Below, piece after piece: positions 1 through 10,782 of a stretch of 42,872 bases of DNA. The notes beneath the pieces are model-generated. The model was not told where the DNA came from. It did no database searches and saw only the letters and a program-made list of their open reading frames with translations. The DNA is from Octopus bimaculoides. Taxonomy: Eukaryota. The position numbers and the translations under genes are program-made. The stretch covers positions 83,717,013-83,759,884 of the forward strand of contig NC_068986.1 in the NCBI RefSeq assembly GCF_001194135.2, written 5' to 3'. Position 1 is the stretch's first letter; each line of letters starts with the position of its first letter.

Positions 1-89
1 ATATATATTACATTAGATATATTCTTTTATTCTTTTACTTGTTTCAGTCATTTGACTGTGACCATGCTGGGGCACCGCCTATATATAAC

Positions 90-216
90 GAAGGGCATCC
101 AGCTGTAGAAACTCTGCCAAATCAGATTGAAGCTTGGTGTTGCCATCCGGTTTCACCAGTCCTCAGTCAAATCGTCCAACCCATGCTAGCATGAAAAACG
201 GACGTTAAATGATGAT
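90..216 (+). mobile_element. SINE 3' half (young family)
   Basis: GAAGGGCATCCAGCTGTAGAAACTCTGCC...AATCGTCCAACCCATGCTAGCATG..ACGGACGTTAAATGATGAT; near-identical to 4525-4656 and the reverse complement of 42367-42490. Confidence 0.85.
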
Positions 217-259
217 ATATATATATATAGATGTATGTATATATCATTATAGATATAGG

Positions 260-859
260 GCAGGGAATTGTCAATTAATTAATAAATTGATAATTAACAA
301 TTTTGCCAAAAAAAACCATTATCGGTAAAACTTTTGGATCTTGTTCAAAACGGGGGCACCAGTATTTTCTTAACGAAACACTAACGAAACACTTTGAAAC
401 TTGGGACACTGGTAGAATGTGTCATATAAAATATCTTTTACTCTTAGTCTTCTTAACAAAAAAACCTACACCGCAAGTTATTTCTGTTAAAGTTGTCGTA
501 TTTCTGTAATTTCAACCAATCACTGACGTCTATTCAGCTGAATAGAGTTACTGCTGGCCGGTCATAAAAATGTTATTCCCTGTGACATATTTCATCCGGT
601 TTAATCGTAATTTATACGCATATATTGTTTATATAATAAATTACGCTGTGCATATCTGTGTGTGTAACAATTTTAGAGTTCAGATTCTAGAGTTAGGGTT
701 AGGGTTAGGGTTAGGGGATTAATACGATATACACCGTTACAGCGCTAACTGTTTTCAACTGAATAGACGTCAGTGATTAGTAGAAATTATCGAAATAAGA
801 CAATTTTTTATATGAAATAAATTTGAATACAAAAATTTTTTTCTGTTCTATAACACAAA
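260..859. repeat. Unclassified repeat with a 35-bp internal inverted repeat enclosing a TTAGGG tract
   Basis: AATTTCAACCAATCACTGACGTCTATTCAGCTGAA (508-542) vs TTCAACTGAATAGACGTCAGTGATTAGTAGAAATT (754-788), 3 mismatches; CpG-containing; truncated by a gap at 860. Confidence 0.6.
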
Positions 860-1704
860 NNNNNNNNNNNNNNNNNNNNNNNNNNNNNNNNNNNNNNNNN
901 NNNNNNNNNNNNNNNNNNNNNNNNNNNNNNNNNNNNNNNNNNNNNNNNNNNNNNNNNNNNNNNNNNNNNNNNNNNNNNNNNNNNNNNNNNNNNNNNNNNN
1001 NNNNNNNNNNNNNNNNNNNNNNNNNNNNNNNNNNNNNNNNNNNNNNNNNNNNNNNNNNNNNNNNNNNNNNNNNNNNNNNNNNNNNNNNNNNNNNNNNNNN
1101 NNNNNNNNNNNNNNNNNNNNNNNNNNNNNNNNNNNNNNNNNNNNNNNNNNNNNNNNNNNNNNNNNNNNNNNNNNNNNNNNNNNNNNNNNNNNNNNNNNNN
1201 NNNNNNNNNNNNNNNNNNNNNNNNNNNNNNNNNNNNNNNNNNNNNNNNNNNNNNNNNNNNNNNNNNNNNNNNNNNNNNNNNNNNNNNNNNNNNNNNNNNN
1301 NNNNNNNNNNNNNNNNNNNNNNNNNNNNNNNNNNNNNNNNNNNNNNNNNNNNNNNNNNNNNNNNNNNNNNNNNNNNNNNNNNNNNNNNNNNNNNNNNNNN
1401 NNNNNNNNNNNNNNNNNNNNNNNNAATAATAGTAGAGTGTGCATGGTAATTATTAAGATAAAACTTACTTGGAAAAGGATGCATGGCGTTTGATCATATA
1501 ATAATATAAATAATATATAAATATTTACATATATCCATACATATATGTACATACTTACATCTATATGTATACATACATGCATATATGGGTACAGGAAATC
1601 GCAAAAAAAACGTTAAACACAATGAGAAACGAAAACAGAATACGAACTTTTTTTCGAACAATGAAAAAAAAAACAAACAGAGAAACGAGACATGCAACAT
1701 AGAC

Positions 1705-2030
1705 ACAGGCATGGCTGTGTGGTAAGAAGTCTGCTTCCTGACCACAAGATCTCGGGTTCAGTCCCACTGCATAGTACCTTGGACAAATGTTTTCTACTAT
1801 GGCCCAGGCCTTCTCCTTACCTTGACTTCATTTGATATTTGTAAATGAATGTCACCTTTATGCAAGTGGCAACCCTCATTCACACATGTCTTGTTATGGG
1901 GAATATCACCTTTCTAGTAAACAGATGAAGATCACTGACAGGAACGGTGTCTGGCTCTAGGCAATCTGCCTCATCAAATTCTGACCAGTGAGAAAATGGA
2001 TGTTAAAATGATGTTGTTGCTGATGATGAT
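1705..2030 (+). mobile_element. Near full-length tRNA-derived SINE
   Basis: Head GGCATGGCTGTGTGGTAAG...GGGTTCAGTCCC (Pol III A/B boxes); body ending GGATGTTAAAATGATG with a (GAT)-like tail. Confidence 0.8.
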
Positions 2031-2309
2031 ATTCCAAAGCAGATATTGGAGCTCAGCACAACATTTTGGTTCGTCAGTTCATGTCAACATAGAAAAGGGA
2101 TATTAAATGATGATGATATAAATATATATGTGTGTAAGTGTGTGTGTGTGTATACACACGTATATATATATATACACATACACTCATTCATATGCACACC
2201 AACACACATATATATATATCCTTAGTTAATGTCCATTGTTCATACTGGCATGGGTTGGACAATACACATATGTATGTATATAAACTTTCCACATACACAC
2301 ACACACACA

Positions 2310-2670
2310 CATGACTGGCTTCCACGAAGTTTCCATATACCAGATTCTTTCACAAAGTAATGGTCATTGCAGAGCTATAGTAGAAGGCATTTGCCAAAGA
2401 TAGTGCACAGTGGTATGTGTGCATGTTTGTGTGCACCCTTGTCTTTACATCACGTGGTGGTTGTAAATGAGCTTCACTATCATCCAAATAATGTTATTCC
2501 TTTCCGTTATTCTGCGAAAAACGTCTGGCCATGGGAAATATTACCTTTGTTAGAAATCGATGAAAGTTGACAGCAGGAAAGACATCTCTCTGTAGAAAAT
2601 CTTCCACAACAAATTCCATCTGACTGATGCAAGCATGGATAAGTGGGCATTTAATACTGATGAAATGATA
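2310..2670. mobile_element. Adjacent SINE fragments (minus head 2310-2420, plus body/tail 2440-2670)
   Basis: Similarity to the head and tail of the 1705-2030 SINE. Confidence 0.6.
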
Positions 2671-3499
2671 TTGATATATATGTATAAGCATTTTTGAATG
2701 TGTGTGGTATTGTATTTTCTTAGTTGCCATGTACAGAGGAACGAATAGTGCCTACAGTCTCTGGAGTTCCTCTGGGATTGGTGAAATTTTTATTATTAAC
2801 ATTTCATTTACACAGAGGCAAGTCTACTGTAGGAATGAGCAAGGAGGAAACTCTTGAGGCTGATACTTTGGGGAGGTTAAACTAGACATAGTTGGTAAGT
2901 GCAGGACCAGATAAGGTTGAACACAAAATGAACGATAAGAAAAGATGAAACAGCTTAGTTAGGGTTGCTTGAGTTAACATGAGACAGCCTGCTCCAGAGA
3001 ACAGAGGCCATTGTAGTAAGCATAGGAAAAATGAAATGAAGAGAGTGTATCTATGGTTCATATGTAGGAGCATGTCTGTAAGTATATAAATGTAAATATA
3101 CATACATGTGTTGTGTTTGTTTTAGGTGTTAATTAACTGGTGAGGGGAGTGTGGTACTGCTGCTTGTGTGTATTTATGTGTAATGTTGGTATTTCTAAAT
3201 TACACTGTACAACTTTTGTTTTTATATAAACACATACACACACTCTCCCACGCATTCATTCACACACAATCTAAATATAAGCTGTATGGTTTAAAACTTA
3301 CTATTAAAGGCACATGAGTATATGTTATTGTCTTTGAAAGGGTGGTTAAAAATAAAAACGTACAAAACATTTGCTTGCACCTGTGGTGTCTATTGACTCT
3401 TTAAGGCAAATTTTTGAGTGGAACTTAACACTATTGCTAGAAATGTTTATCAAGCAAATCCTAGGGAATAAAGAAACTTATTGAATTCTTATTTATATA

Positions 3500-4030
3500 T
3501 TTACCTATTTGCAATGGTGTTAGTGTTTGTTATGGAGGTTGTTTTGTTGTTAATATTTGTAGTAGTGACATTTGCACTGGTGTGTAGTGGTCTTTGTAGC
3601 TATAGTAATGTTGGCATTGATAGTATTGAGTGTCTTAGAATGAATATTGGGAGTGGTGATAGTGGGCTAAGAGTGGTAGTGCTAGTGGTGTAAATGGTAG
3701 TGGGGGTATTAGCAATTGTTGTGTTGATGTTGGCATTATTGTTCATTGTTGTTGTAGTGGTGTTAGTGTACCAGTGTTGTGGTGTTACTGATCAGTGTGG
3801 TGGTAATGAGAGCAGTAGTAACAGTGTAGTATTGGCAATAGTAGTGTTTTTCATAGTAGGATAGAATTGACAGTTGTTATGCTGGAGTATTACTGTTCAT
3901 GGTAGTAGCATAGTATTGATAGAAGTTGTATTGGTGTGATAATAATGGCAGTGTTGGTAATAGTAGGGTCAAATTGATGATGGAGTTATTCTTTAGTGTA
4001 GTGACAGTTGTGGTGTTGCTTATTGTAGCA
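3500..4030. repeat. Degenerate GT/GTA-rich low-complexity tract
   Basis: Decayed (GTA/GTG/GTT)n motifs over about 500 bp. Confidence 0.7.
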
Positions 4031-4177
4031 TCTGTTCAGAGCAGGAATTCATAAATCCACCCCCAACCAATCAGTTTCTCTGCTGTTATTCGGCTCATAC
4101 AGCTGGAATAACTTTGTTTTTATGACTTAAAGACTCTTGCTATATATATATATATACATCCAGAGATACATGCATAC

Positions 4178-4215
<38 letters not shown>

Positions 4216-4480
4216 ATATATAAATATATATATATACACATACATATGCATGTATATATGTATGTATATATATAAATATATATGTGTGTGTATGTACGTA
4301 TATATGTATAATATATATATATATATATANNNNNNNNNNNNNNNNNNNNNNNNNNNNNNNNNNNNNNNNNNNNNNNNNNNNNNNNNNNNNNNNNNNNNNN
4401 NNNNNNNNNNNNNNNNNNNNNNNNNNNNNNNNNNNNNNNNNNNNNNNNNNNNNNNNNNNNNNNNNNNNNNTATATATATA

Positions 4481-4656
4481 CGTGCGGATGACACGTAAAA
4501 GCACCCACTACACTCTCTGAGTGGTTGGCGTTAGGAAGGGCATCCAGCTGTAGAAACTCTGCCAAATTAGATTGGAGCCTGGTGTTGCCATCCGGTTTCA
4601 CCAGTCCTCAGTCAAATCGTCCAACCCATGCTAGCATGGAAAGCGGACGTTAAACG
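4481..4656 (+). mobile_element. SINE 3' half (young family)
   Basis: Same family as 90-216; its tail abuts the Tc1 TIR at 4657. Confidence 0.85.
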
Positions 4657-4922
4657 CAGGGTGTTTGGGCTAAATTTGATAGTTTGCATAAAAAAAAAAC
4701 CCCACCAATATAACATACAAAAATAAAGCACTTCTGAAAATCAAAAAATATCAACTAGATAACAGTTCACTCAAAATAGCTGCCCTCAGCTTTCACCAAG
4801 GCCTCAAGATGGCTCTGGAACCTGATGCATGTGTTCCTTACTATGTCTCTGGAAATATCTTCAAATACCTCCATGATCATAGCCACCACTTCGGCCTTGG
4901 CATTGCAGGCAGAGCAGTTGGT
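4657..4922 (-). mobile_element. Tc1/mariner relic: transposase C-terminus plus terminal inverted repeat
   Basis: Minus translation TNCSACNAKAEVVAMIMEVFEDISRDIVRNTCIRFQSHLEALVKAEGSYFE* (stop at 4767-4769) matches the Tc1 C-terminal consensus (..C..F..RL.AV..A.GGYFE*). A CAGGGTG-type TIR begins at 4657. Confidence 0.85.
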
Positions 4923-5075
4923 ATGCATGTGTTTTGAGTGGAGAAGAGTTTATAAAAATCTTTTGCAGTTTTCTGTTGTTAACTATTTTGGTCAAGGGAT
5001 AATGGTTTTATTGAGGACCTAGCACTATACAGCAGGAGTCATTGCCTCCACTCCAACTTATACTGGTTTAAGATA

Positions 5076-5400
5076 ACTGGCACTCTGTCACTTATGACAA
5101 CAAAGGTTCCAGTTGATCTGATCAACGGAACAGCTTGCTCATGAGATTAACGTGCACGTCGCTGAGTACTCCATAGACATGTGTACGCCTTCACATACTT
5201 CTCAGGGAGATTCAGTGTGATACAGAGTGGGACAAGGCTGGCCCTTTGAAATACAGGTACTACTCATTTTTGCCAGCTGAGTGGACTAGAGTAACATGAA
5301 ATAAAGTGTCTTGCTCAAGAACACAATATGCCACTGGGAATTGAACTCATGACCCTATGATCATGAGCTGAATACCCTAACCACTGAGCCACGTGCCATC
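5076..5400 (-). mobile_element. Full-length tRNA-derived SINE with 14-bp target-site duplication
   Basis: Minus head GGCACGTGGCTCAGTGG (A box) ... GAGTTCAATTCC (B box); flanked by ACTGGTTTAAGATA at 5062-5075 and 5401-5414. Confidence 0.9.
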
Positions 5401-5806
5401 ACTGGTTTAAGATACTGCAAAGGAAATTGTAGCATGTGATTTGAGGTAGATTTGGCTGTTATTCCTAGCATATTTAGGTATAAGCTCTTAGACTTGTGGG
5501 TACTGTTGTAGTTATTAGTGATATCATTATTCACCCATTAATGGCTACTCTTATAAGACATGAAACTGATAAATATATATACTTTATGCATGCATGTGTG
5601 TGTGTGTGTGTGTGCGTGCTAAACCAAGTTGTTAATTTGGTCACTCATTGTTCTCTAGCCTATAAGCACTTTAACAGACTGAGCATCTGATATTCTCAGA
5701 CCATGAATGTGTTGGTCCTCATGGTCAGAATACAAAATTGTTTTATCATTGCAGATCTTTCTAGTTGATGACTTCATTTCTAATGATGGGATTGACAAGG
5801 GAGTGT

Positions 5807-5912
5807 TCGACTCAGTGTAGAACAAATATGTCAATGACCTTGTTCATAAAGCAGTGGAATCGACTCAGTGTAGAACAAATATGACAATGACCTTGTTCAT
5901 AAAGCAGTGGAA
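5807..5912. repeat. 53-bp tandem duplication
   Basis: TCGACTCAGTGTAGAACAAATATGWCAATGACCTTGTTCATAAAGCAGTGGAA at 5807-5859 and 5860-5912, one mismatch. Confidence 0.95.
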
Positions 5913-5930
5913 TTTCTATTTTATTGAAGA

Positions 5931-7474
5931 CTAGCAGAAATACCCGGCTTTGCCCGGGTTAAAGAGAATAATGAAATCTAAAAACGCCGTCTAGACTACG
6001 CAACCCTCAACCGTTAGTAGCTACGATACCATATTTCTACATTAATAACTCTCCAATCCATGCCAGCATGGAACATAGACATTAAGTGGAATGCCAGTCT
6101 CTCATCTAGGAGGGCCTTGAAATCAATGTTACCAACTGGGGACTATGTGTGTCGTAGTGATAATAAAAAGACCCAAAGGAGGTCTGCAACGAAATAATTT
6201 TACTCAACACTTTGCAAGTGAATCAGTGGAGGCAAAGATGCGTCTCATTTACTTGACAATTTATGCACNNNNNNNNNNNNNNNNNNNNNNNNNNNNNNNN
6301 NNNNNNNNNNNNNNNNNNNNNNNNNNNNNNNNNNNNNNNNNNNNNNNNNNNNNNNNNNNNNNNNNNNNNNNNNNNNNNNNNNNNNNNNNNNNNNNNNNNN
6401 NNNNNNNNNNNNNNNNNNNNNNNNNNNNNNNNNNNNNNNNNNNNNNNNNNNNNNNNNNNNNNNNNNNNNNNNNNNNNNNNNNNNNNNNNNNNNNNNNNNN
6501 NNNNNNNNNNNNNNNNNNNNNNNNNNNNNNNNNNNNNNNNNNNNNNNNNNNNNNNNNNNNNNNNNNNNNNNNNNNNNNNNNNNNNNNNNNNNNNNNNNNN
6601 NNNNNNNNNNNNNNNNNNNNNNNNNNNNNNNNNNNNNNNNNNNNNNNNNNNNNNNNNNNNNNNNNNNNNNNNNNNNNNNNNNNNNNNNNNNNNNNNNNNN
6701 NNNNNNNNNNNNNNNNNNNNNNNNNNNNNNNNNNNNNNNNNNNNNNNNNNNNNNNNNNNNNNNNNNNNNNNNNNNNNNNNNNNNNNNNNNNNNNNNNNNN
6801 NNNNNNNNNNNNNNNNNNNNNNNNNNNNNNNNNNNNNNNNNNNNNNNNNNNNNNNNNNNNNNNNNNNNNNNNNNNNNNNNNNNNNNNNNNNNNNNNNNNN
6901 NNNNNNNNNNNNNNNNNNNNNNNNNNNNNNNNNNNNNNNNNNNNNNNNNNNNNNNNNNNNNNNNNNNNNNNNNNNNNNNNNNNNNNNNNNNNNNNNNNNN
7001 NNNNNNNNNNNNNNNNNNNNNNNNNNNNNNNNNNNNNNNNNNNNNNNNNNNNNNNNNNNNNNNNNNNNNNNNNNNNNNNNNNNNNNNNNNNNNNNNNNNN
7101 NNNNNNNNNNNNNNNNNNNNNNNNNNNNNNNNNNNNNNNNNNNNNATCTGTCATTACAGTATCGAAATGTGATTGTTTCAGTTAGTAGAATAGTTTCATT
7201 TTTAAAGTGAAAGTATTTGACATGAGTGTTTTTGTTTCACTTTTGACACGTAATACTTAAATAGTGGAGGAGATATTATGTTGCTGTGGGCTCGAACTCT
7301 GCAAGAAGTTAAAATTTTTTTTGACTAAAACACAACTGGAACCCTAAGTAAGGCATCTGTAAAATTTGAATGAAATTGGTTGTGTAGTTCTCGAGTTTTA
7401 GGGATTCACACAGACAGACATACATACAGACAGACAGACAGACAGACACACATTCTCATTTTTATATATATAGA
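5931..7474 (-). mobile_element. Non-autonomous Helitron-type element (interior in an assembly gap)
   Basis: Minus strand starts A^TC (7474) followed by a (TGTC)n tract and ends CTAG^T (5934-5931), with GC hairpin ACCCGG-ctttgc-CCGGGT (5942-5959) just inside the 3' end; A^T target. Linkage of the two ends across gap 6269-7145 is inferred. Confidence 0.7.
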
Positions 7475-7662
7475 TATTTATGCCCTGTGCCAGGTATGGG
7501 CAGTTTTTTCTAAGAAGTGGGTTGCATGAGACATAACTCATCATGAGGTGGATTACACCACAAAGAAATTTATAATAATTTTTCATTAGAAGTGTCATTC
7601 AGAAACTCGCTTGGGTTGCACCTTGCCCATGGCTGTCCTATGCCAATATGCAGTGACAAAAG

Positions 7663-8221
7663 TCTCTCTCTCTCTCTCCCCTTCTCTCTCTCTCTCCCCT
7701 TCTCTCTCTCTCTCCCCTTCTCTCTCTCTCTCCCCNNNNNNNNNNNNNNNNNNNNNNNNNNNNNNNNNNNNNNNNNNNNNNNNNNNNNNNNNNNNNNNNN
7801 NNNNNNNNNNNNNNNNNNNNNNNNNNNNNNNNNNNNNNNNNNNNNNNNNNNNNNNNNNNNNNNNNNNNNNNNNNNNNNNNNNNNNNNNNNNNNNNNNNNN
7901 NNNNNNNNNNNNNNNNNNNNNNNNNNNNNNNNNNNNNNNNNNNNNNNNNNNNNNNNNNNNNNNNNNNNNNNNNNNNNNNNNNNNNNNNNNNNNNNNNNNN
8001 NNNNNNNNNNNNNNNNNNNNNNNNNNNNNNNNNNNNNNNNNNNNNNNNNNNNNNNNNNNNNNNNNNNNNNNNNNNNNNNNNNNNNNNNNNNNNNNNNNNN
8101 NNNNNNNNNNNNNNNNNNNNNNNNNNNNNNNNNNNNNNNNNNNNNNNNNNNNNNNNNNNNNNNNNNNNNNNNNNNNNNNNNNNNNNNNNNNNNNNNNNNN
8201 NNNNNNNNNNNNNNNNNNNNN

Positions 8222-8272
<51 letters not shown>
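7663..8272. repeat. Polypyrimidine tract: (CT)6CCCTT-like 18-bp units, then (CT)n, spanning a gap
   Basis: Direct reading; gap 7736-8221. Confidence 0.85.
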
Positions 8273-8275
<3 letters not shown>

Positions 8276-8735
8276 TACACACACTGTTAAGAAAGAAAGG
8301 AGAGAGAGATTGTTCAAGGTTGAGCTTGGCAAGAATTACATAAATATAAAACAGCATCTAGAAAGGGCTGTTAACCCCCACATCATTGTTGTATGATGTA
8401 CATTTGTGTGTGTGAGTTTATGAGTATACAAGTAGCCGCACCCATTGTCTATTATTTTTGGTATTTATTCTTTAGTGTCAAAACCTTAATTTAAGTTTTT
8501 ATCCCCTTTGACTTTTATATTCTACCTAATTTGTTATTTATATTTTTTTAGTTGTTTTCTTTAATTTCTTGTTTTTCAATGTTCTCTGTTGTTGTTGTCT
8601 TGATTAAACTTTGTCATCTCTTTCCCTTCTCATGTTTGTCACCCCACCACCTCTCAGTGTGTCTAGATTCGTTAGATCTTTTTTGTTACCTCTCCCTATC
8701 TATCACCCACAGTTGTCACTGGTAATTTGATACTC

Positions 8736-8737
<2 letters not shown>

Positions 8738-8818
<81 letters not shown>
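8738..8818. repeat. Compound (TG)n(AG)n microsatellite
   Basis: Direct reading. Confidence 0.95.
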
Positions 8819-8824
<6 letters not shown>

Positions 8825-9179
8825 ATCAGGCTAAATCTTTGGTGTATATGAGTTAAATAAATTTAAAAAAGGGTAAGAGGTACGAAGGTTTCAGAGAGAA
8901 AGTAGGTCTCTCCCCTTCTAAAATGACCCTACCAAATAGTTCTAATGCTGATAGTTCCTTATCATTTTCATTCCTGGCCCCTTCCTCTGAGAATACTTAA
9001 ACTAGAGGCAATTAATATGGTTTTAAAGTTGAATAAAAAAAAACTTTAAAAGCAAAAATCTTTGGTATATCACTAAAAGCACCACAGTATAAGTGGTATG
9101 TGATTGGGTTTCACTGCTCAGTACTGTCACTTCACTAATACTCCTGAGGAAAGGAACATGTGTCAGTTTTGTTATCTCT

Positions 9180-9780
9180 CTGCCAACTTTAAGACACCTC
9201 CTTCTACTGCCCTCTGTCCTCCAACCCCCCAACCCCCGCGCCCAGCTACCAACAGACTGTATCCTCCACTATCCGTGACCTAATTTCCTCCTCCTCCTGT
9301 CTCCCCCCACCACCTCTAACCTCATTGTCTGCACCCCTCGCACTCCCACAATTTACTTCATCCCCCAAATCCACAAACCTAACAACCCTGGCCGCCCCAT
9401 CGTCTCCGGCTGCAACTGCCCCACCGAACTCATCTCCAGACACTACACACCACCACACCACACACCACCATACCACACCACATCATGCCACCCCACACAC
9501 ACTAGCACTGACCACTTCCCAGCACCCACACCAGCATACACACCAGCACATGCACACGTCAAGGTCATCAACCCCCTTCCACATGCACATACACGCTTTC
9601 ACATACGCACGCACACCTTCGTTTTGGGATCACCACTACTTTATTATCTCCCCTTCTTCATAGCTCTCTTGTGTGACCGCTCTGTCTGGCATTCACCATG
9701 ATAGATCGCTAGCCACTAAACCTTTTTCTATTTTCTCTCCCTCTTTATTTCTGTGTTCCTTTCTGTCAAAGAGCATAGGT
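9180..9780 (+). mobile_element. Internally deleted Penelope-like retroelement relic (RT N-terminal fragment joined to a probable 3' end)
   Basis: Plus translation with one frameshift: DTSFYCPLSSNP..SYQQTVSSTIRDLISSS / TSNLIVCTPRTPTIYFIPQIHKPNNPGRPIVSGCNCPTELIS (9192-9437), matching the PLE RT motif FY.LPKIHKP..PGRPIVS.C.CPTE. A CA-rich tract follows, then a pyrimidine-rich end (ttcctttctgtcaaagagcatagg) resembling PLE termini as I recall them. Confidence 0.85.
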
Positions 9781-10631
9781 GCTATTTATGTGCCACTGAC
9801 ACAGAAGCCAGACAGCTGCTTTGATGTTTATATCTGTATATATATAAAAGGCAAGGTGTGTGTGTGTGCGCGTGAATGTAGTTTATGCACGTCCACAAAT
9901 TAGCACACATGTCACTCCAATTTTAGGAGGACATTCGTCATGACCCTATCTGCATTTTCGTCAGCTTTTTCTCTCAGAGACACCCGTGTATAGCTGTAAA
10001 AATCAATTTTCAACCATAACTTTTACCAATTTTGAAGTTTGCTAACATGGCGAAGTCAAAGTGTGCATAAGCGCGTGAAGGAAAGAGAGAGAAATTGTAT
10101 GTTTGTGAGAGGGGGAGTGAGGGAGAGATACAGATTGTTTGCTAGCGTCTAACAAAAAAAAGTAAAGAAAAAGTGGGAGAGGGAGACAGAAAGCGTCTAA
10201 CGAAAGAAAAAGTGGGAGAGGGGAGTAAGGAAGACAGTGTCAGCATTCAGGAAAAATGAAAATGTAAAATGATTTTTTTTTTCTTAAACATGAGATATAG
10301 TTTCAAATATAGGATGTTTTTGAAAGACACTATATTTTATAATGAAATTATATATACTTTCTCACACAACAATTAAAATATATTTATTCTNNNNNNNNNN
10401 NNNNNNNNNNNNNNNNNNNNNNNNNNNNNNNNNNNNNNNNNNNNNNNNNNNNNNNNNNNNNNNNNNNNNNNNNNNNNNNNNNNNNNNNNNNNNNNNNNNN
10501 NNNNNNNNNNNNNNNNNNNNNNNNNNNNNNNNNNNNNNNNNNNNNNNNNNNNNNNNNNNNNNNNNNNNNNNNNNNNNNNNNNNNNNNNNNNNNNNNNNNN
10601 NNNNNNNNNNNNNNCACCAGCACGATTTCCA

Positions 10632-10782
10632 CTAGGGTATTAGGGTTAGGGTTTTAGGGTCAGGGTTAGGGTTTTAGGGTTAGGATTAGGGTTTAGGGTT
10701 AGTGTTAGGGTTAGGGTTAGGATTAGGGTTGGTGTTAGGGTTATGGTTTTAGGGTCAGGGTTAGGGTTAGGGTTTAGGGTTA
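10632..10782 (+). repeat. Degenerate interstitial (TTAGGG)n tract
   Basis: TTAGGG with variants TTTAGGG, TCAGGG, TTAGGA, TTAGTG; shorter same-strand tracts at ~692-716 and ~12116-12129. Confidence 0.9.

Noticed and set aside
2735-2780. PTVSGVPLGL resembling the RT motif V.SGVPQGS
   Set aside because: Single short motif with no flanking RT similarity; cannot support a LINE call.
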